64,000 nucleotides of DNA, taken from positions 71,215-135,214 of the forward strand of contig DATENM010000023.1 in NCBI GenBank assembly GCA_035275065.1, given 5' to 3'. The notes under the pieces are model-generated. The model had not been told where the DNA came from, searched no databases, and saw nothing but the letters and a program-made list of their open reading frames with translations. Source of the DNA: Blastocatellia bacterium (GTDB lineage: Bacteria; Acidobacteriota; Blastocatellia; UBA7656). Position 1 is the stretch's first letter, and each line of letters opens with the position of its first letter. Both the position numbers and the translations under genes were made by a program. Positions 60,632-64,000 of the stretch are shown here, in pieces.

Positions 60632-63325
60632 ATGCTATCTCGAACGATGTCGCAACGGTGCGCGGCGATGGCGGTGGCCCTGCTCGTCTTCGCGTCGTGT
60701 GCGTTCCCTTTAGTGGCGCAACAGCGCCCCGCGAAGGCCCCCTACCTCGACCCATCGCTTTCCGCCGAACGGCGCGACGACGACCTCGTCTCCCGCATGA
60801 CACTCGAAGAGAAGATCTCGCAGATGATGAACGCCGCCCCGGCCATCTCGCGTCTAGGCATTCCGGAATACGATTGGTGGAACGAAGCGCTTCACGGCGT
60901 TGCATTTTCAGGAGTCGCGACCGTCTTCCCGCAGGCGATTGGGCTTGGCGCCACCTTCGACACGGATCTCGTCGGTCGCGTCGCGGAGGTCATCTCGACA
61001 GAAGCCAGGGCGAAGTACAACGAGGCGCAGCGGCAGGGGAATCACGGTCGCTTTTATGGGCTTACATTCTGGTCGCCGAACATCAACATCTTCCGCGACC
61101 CGCGCTGGGGCCGCGGCCAGGAAACCTACGGCGAAGACCCTTATCTCACGTCGCGTCTCGGCGTTGCCTTCGTGCGCGGCTTGCAGGGCAACGATCCGAA
61201 ATACCTCAAGGTAGTTTCAACGCCGAAGCACTATGCCGTACACAGCGGGCCGGAGCCATTGCGCCACGGCTTCGACGCGGCGGCGAGCGACCGCGACCTG
61301 CGCGAAACCTACTTGCCCGCATTCCGCGCCACCGTGATCGAGGGAAAGGCGGCCTCCGTGATGTGCGCTTACAATCGCGTCAACGGCCAGCCGTGCTGTG
61401 AGAACACACGGCTCCTGGCCGACATTCTTCGCGGCGAGTGGGGCTTCGCAGGCTACGTCGTGTCGGACTGCGGCGCGGTCGGCGATATCTTCGCGAACCA
61501 CAAGGTCGCGCCTTCACAAGAGGCCGCCTCCGCGCGCGCCGTGAAGGCGGGGACCGACCTCGATTGCGGCGACGAGTACGCGACGCTGCTCGCGGCAGTG
61601 AAGCAGGGGATCATCTCGGAAAGCAACATAGACCGCGCCGTGAAGCGCCTGTTCGTCGCACGGTTCCGGCTTGGAATGTTCGACCCGCCAGAGATGGTCC
61701 CGTTTTCAAAGATTCCCTTCTCCGAGAACGACTCAGCCGAGCACAGACGACTGGCAGCCGAAGCGGCGCGCGAATCAATGGTGCTGCTCAAGAACGATGG
61801 CGCCCTGCCGCTGCGCAAGGACCTCGGCACGATTGCGGTCATCGGCCCGAACGCCGACGACATAGACGTTTTGCTTGGCAACTACAATGGCCAGACGTCG
61901 CATGCCGTAACGCCGCTTGAGGGCATCCGCCGCGCCGTCTCTAAGACGACGACGGTCGTCTCGGTGCGAGGCGCGTCGCTCACGTCCGTGGATGGGGTGC
62001 CCATCCCGTCGTCTTCTCTCACACCAGCCGGCGGAGGGGCTGGCGAGCATGGGTTGCGCGCCGAGTACTTCGCCAATCGCGACCTCTCTGGAACTCCCGC
62101 CATCACTCGCGTCGATCCGGAAGTTGCTTTCGACTGGGGTGTCGGGTCGCCGGCGGCAGAGATCCCTGTCGACAACTTCTCGGCGCGGTGGACAGGAAAA
62201 CTCGTCGCGCCCGTGTCGGGCACATATGCGCTCGGTGCGACTGCCGACGATGGCGTCCGCGTCTATCTCGACGGCAAGCTCATCGCGGAGGATTGGACCG
62301 AGCATGCGCCGAGGACAATCACCGCTCAGGTGACGCTCGAAGCGGGCCGCGCCTATGACGTGAAAGTCGAGTACTTCGAGAGCCACGTCGGCGCTGTCGC
62401 CAAGCTCGTCTGGATGCCGCCGTCATCACGCGAGGTCTCTTTCTCCGAAGCGGTCGCTACAGCGAAGAGGTCCGATGCCGTCCTGATGGTGCTCGGCATT
62501 TCGTCCAAGCTCGAAGGCGAAGAGATGAACGTCACCGAGCCCGGCTTTAAGGGCGGCGACCGCACGTCAATTGACCTGCCGGAACGCCAGCAGCGATTGC
62601 TCGAAGCGGTCGCGGCAACCGGCAAGCCCATTGTCGTCGTGCTGTTGAGCGGCAGCGCGCTTGCGGTGAACTGGGCGGCCGACCACGCCAACGCAATTCT
62701 CCAGGCGTGGTATCCGGGCGAAGAAGGCGGCACGGCTCTGGCCGATGTGCTCTTTGGCGATTACAACCCGGCGGGGCGACTGCCCGTGACGTTCTACAAA
62801 TCCCTCGATCAGTTGCCGCCGTTCGAGAGCTACGCGATGGACGGGCGGACCTACCGGTACTTCAAGGGCGAGCCGCTCTACCCGTTCGGCTATGGCCTCA
62901 GCTACACACGCTTCGGCTACTCGAATCTCGTCGTGCCGAAAACGGTCGCGGCTGGCGCTCCGATTACGGTTCGGGCGACCGTGGCAAACATTGGCACGAG
63001 GGCGGGTGACGAAGTTATCGAGCTTTACGTGACGGACGTTGAAGCTTCGGTGCGCGTCCCTGTTCGCTCACTTCAGGGCGTACAAAGGATTCACCTCGCG
63101 CCCGGCGAGCGACGCGAGGTGAGCTTCACGCTCGAACCGCGCCAGCTCGCGATCATTAATGATTCGGGAGCGACCGTGGTCGAGCCCGGTGAGTTCACTG
63201 TGGCGGTCGGCGGCAAGCAGCCGGGGTTCAAAGGGCGCACCGACGCGGCGACCACATCGGTCGTCGAAGGACGCTTCCGAGTGACAGGCAAGGCGACCGT
63301 GATCCGCAACGAGCCGAGTCGCTGA
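60632..63325 (+). CDS. Glycoside hydrolase family 3 beta-glucosidase/beta-xylosidase with an inserted PA14 domain
   Basis: GH3 N-terminal motifs: ...LTLEEKISQMMN...GIPEYDWWNEALHGV... and ...VVSDCGAV.... PA14-like insert: GLRAEYFANRDLSGTP...VDPEVAFDWG. Signal peptide present, with a GGAGG RBS. Confidence 0.85.
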   Translation: MLSRTMSQRCAAMAVALLVFASCAFPLVAQQRPAKAPYLDPSLSAERRDDDLVSRMTLEEKISQMMNAAPAISRLGIPEYDWWNEALHGVAFSGVATVFPQAIGLGATFDTDLVGRVAEVISTEARAKYNEAQRQGNHGRFYGLTFWSPNINIFRDPRWGRGQETYGEDPYLTSRLGVAFVRGLQGNDPKYLKVVSTPKHYAVHSGPEPLRHGFDAAASDRDLRETYLPAFRATVIEGKAASVMCAYNRVNGQPCCENTRLLADILRGEWGFAGYVVSDCGAVGDIFANHKVAPSQEAASARAVKAGTDLDCGDEYATLLAAVKQGIISESNIDRAVKRLFVARFRLGMFDPPEMVPFSKIPFSENDSAEHRRLAAEAARESMVLLKNDGALPLRKDLGTIAVIGPNADDIDVLLGNYNGQTSHAVTPLEGIRRAVSKTTTVVSVRGASLTSVDGVPIPSSSLTPAGGGAGEHGLRAEYFANRDLSGTPAITRVDPEVAFDWGVGSPAAEIPVDNFSARWTGKLVAPVSGTYALGATADDGVRVYLDGKLIAEDWTEHAPRTITAQVTLEAGRAYDVKVEYFESHVGAVAKLVWMPPSSREVSFSEAVATAKRSDAVLMVLGISSKLEGEEMNVTEPGFKGGDRTSIDLPERQQRLLEAVAATGKPIVVVLLSGSALAVNWAADHANAILQAWYPGEEGGTALADVLFGDYNPAGRLPVTFYKSLDQLPPFESYAMDGRTYRYFKGEPLYPFGYGLSYTRFGYSNLVVPKTVAAGAPITVRATVANIGTRAGDEVIELYVTDVEASVRVPVRSLQGVQRIHLAPGERREVSFTLEPRQLAIINDSGATVVEPGEFTVAVGGKQPGFKGRTDAATTSVVEGRFRVTGKATVIRNEPSR

Positions 63326-63365
63326 TTGGGAATATCTACCCTCTTGACCAGAAGGAGCATTAACG

Positions 63366-64000
63366 GTGAAACCGCATCTCTCTCGACGCGACTTCTTAAA
63401 AACATCGGCCATCGCCGCCGGCCTGCGATTAACGGCCTGGCGAACTCGTGCGGTGACCGCGGCTCAGTCGGCCCGCACCATCGCGCGCGGGCCATTCCAG
63501 CCGACATGGGAATCGCTCGTGCAGAACTACCGCGTGCCCGAATGGTTCCGCGACGCCAAGTTCGGCATCTGGGCGCACTGGACGGCTCAGTGCGTGCCGG
63601 AGCAGGGCGACTGGTACGCGCGTAGAATGTATCAACAGGGCGACTCAGCTTACGACTACCATGTTAAAACTTATGGCCACCCCTCTAAGTTCGGCTTCAT
63701 GGAGATTGACCGCCTATGGAAGGCGGAGCGCTGGGAGCCTGAGAAGCTGATGGCGCTTTACAAGCGCGCCGGCGCGAAATACTTTTTCGCCCTTGCCAAC
63801 CACCACGATAACTTCGATGCCTACGATTCGAAGTATCACGCCTGGAACTCGGTCAATGTCGGCCCGAAGAAGGACATCGTTGGGACGTGGGCCAAAGTCG
63901 CGCGTGCAAGCGGCCTGCGCTTCGGCGTCAGCAACCACTCGGCTCACGCCTGGCACTGGTTCCAGGTTGCCTACGGGTACGATGCCGAGGGGCCACAGGC
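63366..64000 (+). CDS. Glycoside hydrolase family 29 alpha-L-fucosidase with a twin-arginine signal; 3' end lies outside the window
   Basis: GTG start. SRRDFLKTSAIAAGL is a TAT motif. The GH29 motifs are PEWFRDAKFGIWAHW...GDWYARRMY...KYFFALANHHDNFDAYDSKYHAWNSV. The frame is open to the window end. Confidence 0.75.
   Translation, partial: MKPHLSRRDFLKTSAIAAGLRLTAWRTRAVTAAQSARTIARGPFQPTWESLVQNYRVPEWFRDAKFGIWAHWTAQCVPEQGDWYARRMYQQGDSAYDYHVKTYGHPSKFGFMEIDRLWKAERWEPEKLMALYKRAGAKYFFALANHHDNFDAYDSKYHAWNSVNVGPKKDIVGTWAKVARASGLRFGVSNHSAHAWHWFQVAYGYDAEGPQ

Overview
This is a high-GC (about 60-65%) window that looks Acidobacteriota-like. The evidence for that taxon is the CarboxypepD_reg-type TonB-dependent receptor, the many glycoside hydrolases and the codon usage; it is an inference, not a database hit.

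Positions 1-25,201 form one plus-strand operon of an Afp/PVC-type extracellular contractile injection system (eCIS). The sheath genes and the promoter lie upstream of the window. Visible genes, in order:
- a tube protein (partial), an Afp6-position small ORF, and a LysM tube initiator;
- a gpD-like hub and a separate gpV-like spike, then PAAR, gp25, Baseplate-J and an Afp12-like wedge protein;
- four tandem paralogs in the tail-fibre position that share a ~100-aa N-terminal domain and have unrelated C-termini;
- a 672-aa helical candidate tape measure and an AAA+ ATPase;
- a 1435-aa candidate cargo toxin with an N-terminal LQRxxGN motif, a Pro/Ala-rich linker and a C-terminal PD-(D/E)xK-like motif, plus two small lower-GC ORFs downstream.
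Several junctions have overlapping start and stop codons, consistent with translational coupling.

The locus ends at a convergent sigma-54 enhancer-binding protein followed by a degraded IS5-family transposase remnant.

Positions 27-45 kb are an accessory region: pirin, SRPBCC, an NTF2-like protein, two paralogous CXXCH cytochrome P460 genes, and a GH16-like lipoprotein. The regulatory genes here are two HisKA_3 sensor kinases and a NarL-type regulator. Further genes are DoxX, an alpha/beta hydrolase, a cNMP-binding TrxR-like oxidoreductase, a zf-UBP protein, a VOC protein, a Zn-dependent alcohol dehydrogenase and a peroxiredoxin-like protein. The region also holds decayed gene remnants and at least six same-orientation copies of a ~70-115-nt intergenic element with a CTACCAC...GTGGTAG inverted repeat.

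Positions 47-64 kb are a hemicellulose and pentose utilisation locus: a TonB-dependent receptor, an MFS transporter, GH43, a B3 metallo-beta-lactamase, an internally deleted YjhG-type xylonate dehydratase, an FAH-family dehydratase, KGSADH, an esterase, GH51, GH3 with PA14, and a GH29 with a TAT signal (partial).

No rRNA, tRNA or CRISPR array was recognised.
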